From Paraspadella gotoi (taxonomy: Eukaryota; Animalia; Chaetognatha): DNA of 64,000 bases. This document shows positions 26,801 through 38,860 of the stretch, one piece after another. A program made the position numbers and the translations under genes. Under the pieces are notes generated by a model, which saw only the letters and a program-made list of their open reading frames with translations, was not told where the DNA came from and searched no databases. Each line of letters begins with the position of its first letter. The stretch's first letter is position 1. The stretch is from the NCBI GenBank assembly GCA_051294375.1, contig JBJCIZ010000046.1:1-64000 (forward strand). The letters are read 5' to 3'.

Positions 26801-29800
26801 GAAAAAATCCCTCTCATAGAATTGGGACCCTTGTCCTCAAGTAAATTTATGTAAAATTTCATGAAAATCCGCTTAGCCGTTTGGCCACAACTCTTCCAAA
26901 AGGTTTCTTTTATTTTATATAGTATTATAAATTCGAAAAAACAGCAATGGAATTCGAAGAGAAAGAAAAAAGGGAATACATTTTCAGAATCATCTGGACC
27001 TCTACTTTCCGAATATAAGCTTTTTTTTAATCCTAATTATAACTTTTGGCCAGTGATCCCAGGCCTTAAAGCGTTTTGATTGTAAAATTTTTTACTTTTT
27101 CGTCTCGACGACGTACCCTATAATGAAGAGATGAACGAAAGCGATACTCTAAAAGCGAATGAAAAAGATTCCATTTCATGACATACTAGAATCCCCGGAG
27201 ACAAAACACGGAAACAAATTGGTTGTACAAGATCGAATTCATCGTCCACGGCGGCCGGAGTGGAAGAGGTAGATCGCCCATACCAAGATACAGAATGAGA
27301 GGAACACAAACAACTACAACGCGGAACAAAACGCCTATCAATGGGAACTTCAGGATATGTGTTGGGCCAAACACCGCCGCCGCACTCAAAATCCAAAGTA
27401 AAATTCATCTTATGCTTTAAGGAAACAGCTGATGTTGTTTGTATACCAGAAAAAAAGTTGCAGATACTTAAAGAATTTCCTAGACCGGATTCGGTTAGAA
27501 GTTTACAAAAATTTATAGGATTCTGTAATTTTTTTTCCTTGTTGTTAAGAAATTCTAAAGTTTTATTTGCTCCTTTATTAAGATTGTTAAGAAAAGATTC
27601 ATCTTATAAATGGGAAGACGAGCATGAAAAGGCTTTTCAAGAAATCAAAAGAAGACTGTCGCAGCAACTGTTGGTTGGTTTTGTTAGGATGTTGGACAAG
27701 AGACACGAATCAGAACTTTTGTGTTATGTTGACTGGAGTAAAGATGCAGGAGCGGCTTCAGCTGTAGTTTATGTAAAAGATTATAAAACAAAAACCATCC
27801 AATTAGCTTATTTTTGGAGCCGTTTGCTTAGCGACACCTTTGTCAATAAACCACCTTATTTATGTGAAGTGGCGGCAGTCACAATGTTCTTGCTCTCAAA
27901 TAGGATGTTATTGCTAGGGAGTTTGATACATATTTACACTGATAATATGGTAGGGGCTTCATTACTAAGACAAAGATTACGTGCGGTGGAGTTTACAACT
28001 TTACCTATTTTGCATCGCTTATTAATGTCTATTTCAATGATACCTTTTACTGTTAGTTATGTTAACACTGATTCAAACCCCAGCGATCTTACCTGAGCAG
28101 AATTAAAATCCAAGAATCTATGTCGGATGATGAGATACTGATCGTCCATTGAGTCCCGGGGATTTAGACATAGTTGACAAGGAAATTACATCATTATCAT
28201 CCACTGTTGAAGAATATTTCCGTTGTCATACTAAAAATGATGAAATGATGGTTAGTCAGGAGACAGAAGTGTGGGACAAAGCAGTATGCGAAAAAAGTAT
28301 GAAGACTCACATTTTTTTTCCGCGGAAGATGAGTTGCAGCAATCATGATGTTGCTGGTTGCTGAGACTACAAACAGTTTGCCTGAAAAATTGAATGAAAA
28401 AAAGAATGGGATTAGCTGGGATGAAAATAATTTCTTGGTCTAAACATCCTAATGCGAAATAAAATTTGAGATTTAAATCATAAATTAAAATTTAAATGTT
28501 AAAATTATTTGAAGAATCCGTTGAGGATAAGTTAATTAATAATTATCACTATACTAGTAACCATTCAGATCTTATTCATTATTTAATGGGCGGAACAAAA
28601 GTTAAATGAATTTAATGATAATTTTCAATATAAGACAAGGTTAGAATCCTTATTTGTATGTACAAGGCCTGAGTTGGTGATGCATCTACTGTCAACTTCT
28701 GATGGAATGGTTGATGCTGATGTTCTTATCTCACGTCAATTGATGGCTTACCATTTCAAGAATTAAATGTGATAACGGAAATTCTTAAAAACAAAAAGGG
28801 GATGGATACCGACGCTCCACCTCTCTTTGATTCTGTTGAAGAACTGCAGCGCTTTGTCGCAGAACTCGAACTGAGCCCAATGGTTGATGGAAAATTCAAG
28901 TACCTTAAAGAAGTGCAATCTAGAAATGACGGTTTCTCTACAATGATTCGTCTATTGCAAGGTGAACGGCCTGATGATCGGAAATCAAATTATCTAAAGC
29001 AGATGGACAAGCTTTTCTGGAATCTTGAGCAGAACAAGTCTCTTTTGTTTGATTAAAGAGGGTTGCTGTTTAAGTGAGATTTCCAAAAGGTGGGTGAAGT
29101 GATAAATTACCAAACTTGTGTTGCTGAAGGTGATGCCAGTGAGAAAAATTATCTCAATTCACTCTCAAACCCACTTTGGGATTGCATTCACTTACACAAT
29201 TTTTTTGTCGGGATTATTTTACCTTGGGAGCCTACAAAAAATATTATGATGCAGTGGTTGCTTGTCCATTGTGTGGCCAAATGAGATCAAAGCGAAAGAT
29301 TGAAGAATTTTCCTGGAACACGCAGTTGACCTACAGTGCTTGGAACATTGACCATAAAGGACCACTGAGTGGAGGTTCCGGATCTGCGCCCTATTACATT
29401 CTTTGTGCAGTGGAACAGAACATCCGTTGGTCGTTTTTCTGTGGCAAGAGACACCTCGGCTAGGACAACGGCAAAATTGTTGTTTGACAGAGTGTTGGCT
29501 TGCTACGGAGGTGCGACCGAGTTTGTTTCTGACAGAGGGGCTGGTTTTGTGTCGGAATTATCAAATGGTTGTTCTTACTCGGTAGCCAGAGACACCGCGT
29601 GACGAGTAGCTATCGACCATGTGCAAATGTGGCTGAAAACTTTGCTGTTCGTAAGCTAAGTTCCTCAATGAAATTTCTTTTATTCAATAAAAATCCTTCA
29701 GAATTAAGAGAAAATTTATCTTTTTCAATTTATGTTAAATGGATCTTGCTTACATCCGTTACGGGAATGACTCCTTTGAAGAGTTCTTTTTTCGTGACGC

Positions 29801-30479
29801 TTCTTATTTTCATCCTCTTTTAATTAAAAATAAAACGGTTTCAATAGATAAATTTCTAACGGATCGTTTGGAAAAAATGAGAAAAATTATTGCAACATTG
29901 CGCGAAAAATATGATATTTACTATTCTGAAAGAGTCCCTGCATTTTGTACAGTAAACTCAGAAAAACTTAAAATTGGTGAGAATGTTTGGGTTAAGATTT
30001 TCGCAGCGAAACGACATTTAAGATATCTTAAATCGGTTTTACCGAAATATCGTTTAGCTAAAATTACTAAAATAGTCTCACCAGTCAGTTTGATTCTCGA
30101 GGAGTTATCGACGGGAAGAACCATTTCACGACATATTGTTGATGTATTTAAACTGTCACCGACATCTTCTTTTGTCAATGTTTATATTGATACTAAATCT
30201 GCACGAATCCGCGAGTTGGAAGATTTTGCGGGTGACAACGTTTTTCGTTCAAAAAATTTAAATGAATTGGGCGACGATAAAGAAAAAGTTTAAGATGCTG
30301 GTTTGGAAAATGTAAGATTAAAATTAAATGGAGATTTCTCAGAAGTAAAAGCAGCTGATTCGGCTGCGTCGCAGCGTCGTGATGTTTCAACGGACGGAGC
30401 AAGGATCGGGAGAACAAAAGACGGGGCTCGTGATCGGTATGAGTTGAGGCCTCGAAAACATGTTAATTATAAAATCTAA
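23837..30479 (+). pseudogene. pol: Pol: aspartic protease, RT, RNase H, integrase; frameshifted and interrupted
   Basis: ILVDTGASVSLV and AILGFD; RPITDCSYLN; FIDD 25678-25689; SLQKFIGFCNFF; YVDWSKD/LCE/YTDN; CPLC, IDHKGPL, SDRGAGF; ends YELRPRKHVNYKI*. Confidence 0.88.
25794..27065. mobile_element. Non-autonomous DNA transposon with TTAA flanks, Kolobok-like
   Basis: TTAA|GGCCTGCGATCA ... TGATCCCAGGCC|TTAA (11/12 inverted match); GG..CC termini with TTAA fit Kolobok rather than piggyBac; absent from the 14244-18750 copy. Confidence 0.75.
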
Positions 30480-30688
30480 AATTTTCTTGTCTCGTTAATT
30501 CATTCATTCGTTCTTTCATCTATTGGTCAATCTCATCTCATCGTAATTTGGCTTGTTTGTTTTCAGTTGTTTGTTTTGTCCGCTAGCAAACTTTTAATAT
30601 TTTTGTAAAATACCTAAACTTTTGCTGGGGGCCATGATAGTGGTTAATTGATTTGATTAGCAAATTATGTTTGATGACATAAAACGAA

Positions 30689-30785
30689 AATAAACATACT
30701 AACTAAATATGTATGTTTTGTAACATACAAACAAATAAACATGCTAACTAAATATGTATGTTTTGGAACATACAAACAAAAATAA
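30689..30785. repeat. ~44-bp tandem duplication between the convergent pol and antisense stop codons
   Basis: aaataaacat(a/g)ctaactaaatatgtatgttttg(t/g)aacatacaaac occurs twice; also present at ~55845-55945. Confidence 0.7.
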
Positions 30786-30823
30786 ACTATCTAAACTGGA
30801 AAAAAGAAAAAAAACACGCTACA

Positions 30824-32035
30824 TTAAGTGACATTGAGTTCGACGGCGTCGAGGAGATCGGCGATGACACGGACGACATCGGCGTCGGTTTGGTCGTCGT
30901 CGTAGTCGTCGTCGTTGTCGCAAGTTAGGCGACGAAAGTCGATGAGGATCGGGAGCCCGTCCCCATCGATGATATGGTGAAATTCATACTGAAAAATTAA
31001 AGACAAAAAATTTGTACTGAAAACTGAGAATTAAAATTTAATATTAAAATCGGAAAACTCTGAGACTTTGATATAGATTCACTTACGCTCGCAACGTCAG
31101 AAGTAGGCGAGGGCGGCATCAGTGGCGACGGCGGCGGCGAAGGCGTAGTGGAGCGGGACCATCGTTGGTAATGGCTGCTGCTGCGATTGCTGCTTCTGCG
31201 GCTGTAGCGCCTCTTGCGGTCGAGGCGGCGTCTGAGACGGCGACGTAGGAATAGTTTGTAGACTGGAATATTAATTGCGGTTATATAAATATATAAAAGG
31301 AATCAAAATTCTTACAGTATTGTATTTTAATAAAAGGAACAGAAAAACGGACTTTTTATTTAGAACTAACAGAATCGGAGCGTCATCATGATGATGATGA
31401 CGACGATTGCCAGGGAGATGCCGGCCAGCGAGAATGACGCTGGAGCGACGACGGCAGCCATAGTGGGCCTTGCTGCCCTGGTTGGCAGAATGGGCGTCGT
31501 TGTTATTTTTGTTGTTGTTGTTGTCGACGTGGCCCTGGTTGGCAGAAAAAACTTTGACGACGTTATCGTCGTCGTCGTTGTAGTCGTCAACGTTTTCGTC
31601 ACGGATGGAATCAATTTTGACACCGGGACATTTGTTGTCGTGGTTGTAGTTGTTGTCATTTCACTGATTGGAAAATCAATAATGAAGGCGTTAAAGTTAA
31701 GTAAACTGGTTGGTTGTAAACCATTTACTAAATATTGCCCGAAAATGAAAATGTGCGCTCTAGAAAATCGAAATTGAAGAGAGAAAAGGTATCGACCTTG
31801 ATTGATTTTTTCCAGTGGTTGTCTCCACATTCGTCAAGTTGACAACGGACCCTGAGCTGGATGATGGACCCTTTGGACGACGCGTTGGGAGGCGTACGGA
31901 GCCTTGCCTCGGCGTTGCCATGGTGCGCCCCCCACCGCTAAGGTGGTTGATGAGGCGGGCGTGGCCATTGGTGGGCGTCGTAAGATGTGACATTGGATAA
32001 GGAAGGCGAAATTTGGGTGAGACAGCGTCAGACAT
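30824..32035 (-). CDS. Antisense spliced gene in family A: Thr-rich single-pass membrane protein (~322 aa); exons 32035-31797, 31759-31371, 31262-31087, 30988-30824
   Basis: GT-AG introns of 37, 108 and 98 nt join into one 969-nt stop-free frame. The two 3' introns are well supported. The 37-nt intron (weak donor GTCGAT) and the start codon are tentative. Confidence 0.75.
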
Positions 32036-32864
32036 TGCACTTTAGTAAGGACCGCCTTGGTGTTCAGGCTCGGCCAACATCACTGTGCGCGATGAAAGTG
32101 CGTCGCCCGTACGAACCAGAGTTGCAAGTTGGATTGTGGACGGATTGAACTGAGTTGTGCGTGGTGTCACAAGGCAAAAGTCTAATGTAGTACTCTGGTA
32201 CAAGGTGAGCCCTGGGAGCGAATTCACTTAGTGCTTGGCGTTTGCGGTCATTAGAAGCGGCGAAATCTCCGTGTGTACAATTTTAGATTTGGAATTTTGA
32301 CGGAAAATATTTTTTGTGGGAAAAAATATTGTTGCAATTTACAAAGTTTGATTATTATTGAAAAAAAAATATAAAATAATTATACTAGAAATTTGGTGAA
32401 AGAAGTTACTTACTTTTTGTGTTGGGCACCATTTTCGTCGTTGATCACTTGTGAGAGTGGATCAGTTTGTGGCTTGGAGGAAAACCAAGTGAAGCCCGCT
32501 TTGCTAGTGACCTTAACTTACCTAACCTTTGTTTTCTTTAGCCGACGGTGGTCAGAGATTTCGTTCTGTGACGCGGTGAAAAATAAAAGTTGTCGACAAA
32601 CATTGAAAAAATAAAAATAAATAAAAAACGAAATATTTCGTTGTTGGGTTTTTAAGCAGAGAGCGGTGATTTGAGGGGAACAAAAGCCTGGGGGCCAGGT
32701 TAGCTGAGTTCAGAACTATTGTTAAGTTGAGGGAGAAGAGCCCGTCTGTGGATAAGTAATGAAATTTAGTTAGTTTCCTAAGTTGTTCTGAAACGATGAG
32801 TGTTGTTAGTGAAACAATAGCATCGTGTACGATTTTAGGATAGAACGTTTTGTTTTTTTCACAG

Positions 32865-33418
32865 ATCGTCAGTACATAGTCATGTTAGCGTCGCTATGGG
32901 CGTTGGCGTGGCACGAATCCGTCATCTTCCTGGACGGGTTGCCGTGGGATCGCGACCAGGGCCAATCCTTGGTGTAGATGGCACTGATGGTTTCTGATTG
33001 CAATTAATTTATTACCTTCCTTTTATCTGATTATATTGTACATTATAAAAATGGCGGGGACAATGATGGGGCTGCCTGCATGTCGAGGTTAGAAAAGGGA
33101 CTGAACAGCACATTTCTGACTTAATAGTGAGCTTCTACAGTACAGTAATGAATTGATAGAGACACGTTATTACCTGAAAAATTTTGACAAATTGGAAAAG
33201 AGAGCTATATCGCGGGAGTTTTGCGCTTCTTTTGGGGATTGCAAATGCTTTTGCCACGGGTATTCATGTGGTTAATTCTAACATTCAATATAACACTTGA
33301 ACATAGGCTAAATTTAATTGGCAACTTTGTTGAAAAGTTTTTTTCAAATCAGGTTCAACTGAATGAAAATATAAACTTCTTGTCAGACAGGACATGTTTG
33401 GGGTGCATGTGAATCTTA
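32865..33418 (+). pseudogene. env: Family A env, 5' part, truncated
   Basis: Follows acceptor gttttgtttttttcacAG (32864); near-identical to 58022-58585. Confidence 0.7.
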
Positions 33419-36400
33419 AGAATAGTTCGTCCTTTTCTCTCTAAAGACTCGTTTCAGGTCATTTTAAAATGACCACTATTTAAAATGACCATTTTGATTA
33501 TTTTTACTTTCGTGAGAGCTTGCGATACGTTTTTAGTTTCTCTGCAGAGCTCAAACGTTGTACCCGCTTCGAAAACCCGTTTTTACGGGTCTCCGGTAGG
33601 ATTTTGACTAATAAAGTTTCACAATAAAATAAGAAACATCTTTTCTATTCGGGCCCATGTTAAGATAGTCAGAACGGGCAACGTTCGAATGTTTGCCTTC
33701 GCGAGCGTGAGACCAAAATATCTCACAATAATAATAATAATAATAATAAAAATAATAAGAAGAATTTTTAATAACAATTTTCATTTACTTAATTTTATTG
33801 TAAATATCAGTTTTAGTTTTTGTCACTTTGTATTGCTTTATTTTGTTTCTTGCCTTTGTTTTTTATTCATTATATAATTTTTTTTAAATATTTACAAATA
33901 ATAAATTTTGTAAATATTAAAAATAAACCTCTCTGTTCTCATCACAAACTCAATAAAATAAAAGAAAAAAAGAATATCAAACTTGACTTAAAGGCAACAA
34001 TAATGTTACTAAGAGTAAAATAGCTGATGCCTTTTGTATGATAAACAACACCTCTCTTACCTTAAAATATTTTTTTAACATGACAATGTCTTACAATTTA
34101 TTTTTTTTTGTTTATATTAAGAAAGTTTTAAATACCATTTGACTAAATCCATAAATTCATTTGTTTCCTGATCGCTTTAGTTTATTTGTTTGCTTTATTT
34201 TAGGTAGTTTAAAATAATGCAAAACTTTATACATTAATTAAAAATTATTAGATAAAGTAACTTCTTAAAAATAAAAACAGTTTTATATCTCCTTATTTCA
34301 TATATATTTGAATAAAACTATCTGCTTAACCATCTTTACTTTTTTTCAATTTTTTAGGTTTTTTTCCAAAAAATTACTATTTTTAAATAATATTTAAACA
34401 TTAAGTAATGTAAGTTTTTTACATTTATTTAGTTGAAAAGAGTTTTATATACTTGAATTTAACTATATTTTACTTAATTAATAATATTAACCATTTTTAT
34501 TTTATTTATAAATTTGCAATTTTTTTTATTTTTTTGCATCTTATCGCATTATAAAATCGATAGAACGAGAAAATTGGCCGAGCGAATTTTTAATTTTTTG
34601 ATCTGAGGAATAGTTTTACATGTGTTTCAAAAAATTAGGAGGGCACAAGATGCCCTTTTTTATTTCTTGTATTTATACTTCGCGCTATATTTTCCGTTTT
34701 GTTCGTTTTTTGATAGCCTAGGAGAAGAGACGACATATAGAGTAGGAAAGAATAATATAGATTATCTCTCTTTGATCGTTTATATTATTCATAGTTTGTC
34801 CCTAACATTTTTTCACTTTTTGGTAAAGTTTTTTGCCTCAACTTTCAAAACACTCTAGACGGACGGAGTTTTGTAAGTTGACGCGAAAATATAATAACTT
34901 TAGGCTTTTGGAGCGACGGTCAACCCTGTTCATGACTGTCTCCCTGCGCGCCGCAAGGCGGACGGTCTCTCTTGTACGTATAGCCGGTTCCATTAAGAAT
35001 TGGTTGAGAGAATTTGTCGGGAACTCCAAACTTTTTTTTTGGCATTCGGTAACGAAAGGTTTACTTGTCTGACTACCGTCTTCCTCTTTAGACGGGAAAG
35101 GACCTTACCGAGAACCCCTTTAGTACTTACCCGTCCTTACAGTTGCGTCCCGGCTTTCTTTGGCAGGTTAGCTGGTTCGTAATCGTTCGGACATTGTACG
35201 TCTTACTTTTTTGTGTCTTTCTCCCTTTAAAATAAGATAGCAGGGAGCTGGGTAAGGAGCCAGCGACGAGAAGGTTTACCATGTTATTGCTTTGCTTGCT
35301 TTTTGGCAGGGTTGGAGCATGCTCGCCCCATCCATTGTCTCCTAGTTTTACCTTGCCGTATTTAATCTCGTTAATACGGCAGACGGATGCTTAAAGTAAG
35401 GTTAAACCAGTAAAGTAACTTCCTTCAGCGCATTTAGTAATGATTATGTTTTATAGAGTAACGATTTTTTGGTTTTCTTATGTTTTGGGTTTTAGTATTA
35501 TTTTAAAATTATTTTTGCTTTACAGTGTATATTTTGATAATTCATTCCAAGAAGATTCGTTTACAAGAAGATCGTTTTACAAGAAGAACGGCGAATTTAG
35601 TACAAATTTGATTCTCTTCTCATTTTACTATTTTTTCCCGTAGGAGTAGTCTAAGGTTTTTTCGTGTCGTAGTACGGTTGTGCGTCTCTAATATTTTTTG
35701 GTAAGGAGTCGAACGTACGCAGATCTTCAAAGATTTGTTCTTCCGCATCGAGGTCCTCATCGAGAATCGTGAGGGATGCTTGAGGGATGCCTGAGGAATG
35801 TCTGGAAAATGTTTGACGATTCTTTGATGCGGCTACCTGCGGTAAGGAAAATTTGAATATTTTGAGATTTGTGTCCTTCGTCTCTGGTTGTTTGTGATTA
35901 TGAAAGGCACCTTTTCGCCTTGCCATGTTCGTCTGAAGGTTGAAGGGTTGATATCGTTCTTAGCCGGTTCGATATTAATCTTGAGATCCGATTTCGTTCC
36001 TGCGGGGGGCGGACAGTTTCATTTCGGTAAATTTCGTGTATATCGTTTTACCAATGATCGACAACCTTAGTATTTTTAATTTACCTTTTCGGTTCCATCT
36101 TTGGAATTCGAATTGGCCCCGGCGGTGCCGTATTGTCCTTACAATTTGGGCTTCCACTAATATTCACGTTTCCTTTTTTAGTTGGCTACTCATCGAAGGA
36201 TTCGGGTGTAACATATGTCGAGTTCGAGGTTGGCCTCAGGAGACAGATCCACTGGCGTTCGAACTTTGACCTAAGTGAAAATAGAAAAGTTTATTTTGCT
36301 TCTAAATTTCGAGAAATGGATTAGACAGAATTTTGTAGTAATAATGCCCGAAGATAGTTTGCCAAAAATCATTTTATTGTGTTAGTAAGTCAGTAAGTTA

Positions 36401-36649
36401 GAAAATATTTAGCTCCCTTTGATCTCATTCCCCCCTGCCTTGTGTCAATTTTTTTATAGGATTCTTTGAATTGTATCTTTTTCAGTTAGCGGGCAAACAT
36501 TTTTAAAGTTAATTGCCAGGATTGGCCAGTTTTTTAGTATTTTACGTTTTTTTGGATTGCGGTTGAAAAACGGGTGTACTGAAACACGCCGTACAGAGTT
36601 ATTTTTTCCTTTTCTTATTCGTAGTCGCCATCGTCACACGGCGCTTCGC

Positions 36650-38570
36650 AACTCGGCAGAGGTTGGTGAGCGGCACCTCCGGCCGTTATACGTGAACCGA
36701 GCGAACATAGTTGTCTTCGTTTATGCCATTTTTTGGGTAAAAAATTATGTTTAGATTTACAACAACCGTAGTTTTTATTTACATCAGGCTCGGTTTTTCT
36801 AAATCATTATTGTGTAACCTGCCTGTTTCGTCTTCAAACATGATAACTTGAAGTACATTAGTGTGTGGAAGAGGGTTGTCGCCGGTCAGTTTGTCGTCTG
36901 CCGTCGTTACCCGCCTGTCCGTTCAACCGCTTGTCAGTTTTTTGTCAGTATTTTGTCAGTTTTTTGAAGAGACTGGACTTTTTTTTTGAGGTATTATGAC
37001 AAGTCCTGGGCGCATTTTTTGCATACTCAGCTTTTAAAATTTCTTCCTTTCTGCTTTCCATCCCCCTGCGACCGGATATTTTAGATGGTTCTTTCTAGAC
37101 ATTAGCTGATTCTGATTGGTGCCCATGATTTTGATAGATTTCGATTTGATTCTAATCGAATTCTGGCTACATGGTATCTTCAGATCTCAAAGTTGTCACT
37201 GGGTTTTTAGTTCTCTTCAGAGCATAGAAACTCTTTTATCAGATATCTCGGAATCTTATTTTTTTGTGTGATTGCTGGTTTGGTGGACTTTTCTATGAGA
37301 GAAGCATCTCTATTTTTGTTTATTATTGGCCTCAGAAACAAGTAAGAAAGACACTTTAAACTTATATATTTTTGCTGAGTTTGTACTAAAAGTTTTGTTA
37401 TTCCTTGCCCAGGACTTCTAACAGCATCAGACTCACAACAAGACATTTTGTCAAGTCCTGGGCTTTGTAGATCGTCGTCCTTTTGGCCTTAGCCGACGTC
37501 GTCTACTGAGACTGTGTTGTCCTCATCTCCAGGGCATCATGACCGGCGCCATCGTCTCTTCTGCGCCATTTTAACCCGAGTTCATCTGGTCTTCAATGCG
37601 CAGAATAAGCCTAGACAAACTCGGCAGAGGTTGGTGAGCGGCACCTCCGGTCATTATACGTGAACCGAGCGTGCTTGTTTCGTCTTCAAACATGATAACT
37701 TGAAGTACATTAGTGTGTGGAAGAGGGTTGTCGCCGGTCAGTTTGTCGTCTGCCGTCGTCACCCGCCTGTCCGTTCAACCGCTTTTTTCGTCAGTATTTT
37801 GTCAGTTTTTTGAAGAGACTGGACTTTTTTTTTTTGAGGTATTATGACAAGTCTGGCGCATCTTTCTGCTATACGTCAGCTTTTAAAATTTCTTCCTTTC
37901 TGCTTTCCATGCCCCTGCGCGACCGGATATTTAGATGCGTCTTTCTAGACATTAGCTGATTCTGCATTCTGAGTGCCCTCCATGATTTCGAATCAGATCT
38001 CGATTTGATTCTAATCGAACTTCTGGCTCAGTCCGTGTGTATCTATTTCCAGATCTCAAAGTTGTCACTGGTGTTTTTCAGTTCTCTTCAGCAGCCAAGA
38101 CAGAAAGCTCTTTTTATCAAGATACGTCTCGGAATCTCTATTTTTTTTTTGTGTGATTGCTGGGTTTGGGCTGAGACTGTTTCTATGCAGAGAAGCCAGT
38201 CTCGTTATATTTGTTTGTATTGGCCTCTCAAAACCAACGTAAGCAAAGACACTTTAAACTTATATATTTTGCTGAGCTTTGTACTAAAGTTTTGTTATTC
38301 CTTGCCAGGACCTTCTACAGCCACAGACTCACAACACCATTTCGACATACTGTTGATCGACGCGCCAGCTGCCTGGGGCTGTTCGTAGATCGTCCGTACC
38401 TATGCTTGCGAAACGTATAACACTCGTAGATAAGCTCCCCGCACAGTCGATCTACCTGAGACTGTGTCGTCCTCATCTCCAGGCGCAGTCATGACCGGCG
38501 CCATCGTCTCTTCTGCCCATTTTCAACCCAGTTCATCTGTACTTCAATGCGCCAGCAATAAGCCTAGACA
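36650..38570. repeat. ~0.95-kb tandem duplication of an unclassified coding-like sequence
   Basis: Units start aactcggcagaggttggtgagcgg at ~36650 and ~37618, and both end ataagcctagaca. Confidence 0.8.
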
Positions 38571-38609
38571 GTTAGAATTCAAAGACGCCACTCCTCCGAT
38601 ACTTGCGTT

Positions 38610-38860
38610 TCAATACAATAACAACTATAAATATAATAATAATAATAAATAATATAATAATAAATAACATAAAATAATATTATAACAATAAGATAACAAT
38701 ATAATATAATCAATAATGAATAATAATAATAATAAAACAAGTGTGAAAACAATGCTCGCGCATCTGCCCTACGATAATTAATTAATTAATTTAATTAATT
38801 AATTTAATCCAATTTAATTAATTAATTTAATAGTAATAATTTATTTTCAAATTTAATTCA
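38610..38860. repeat. (AAT)n / (TTAA)n low-complexity tract
   Basis: Seen directly. Confidence 0.75.

Larger units (their letters stand above)
21997..33418 (+). mobile_element. Gypsy family A copy 2 (gag, pol, antisense gene, 5' env); truncated at both ends
   Basis: Domain order zinc knuckles, DTG protease, RT, RNase H, integrase, then env-like region; no LTR seen at either end. Confidence 0.9.

Noticed and set aside
31388-31777. Sense-strand Val-rich ORF (also 56546-56926) as a separate membrane protein
   Set aside because: It is the mirror of the poly-Thr codons on the - strand. Splice signals, frame joins and TM/basic topology support the - strand reading.
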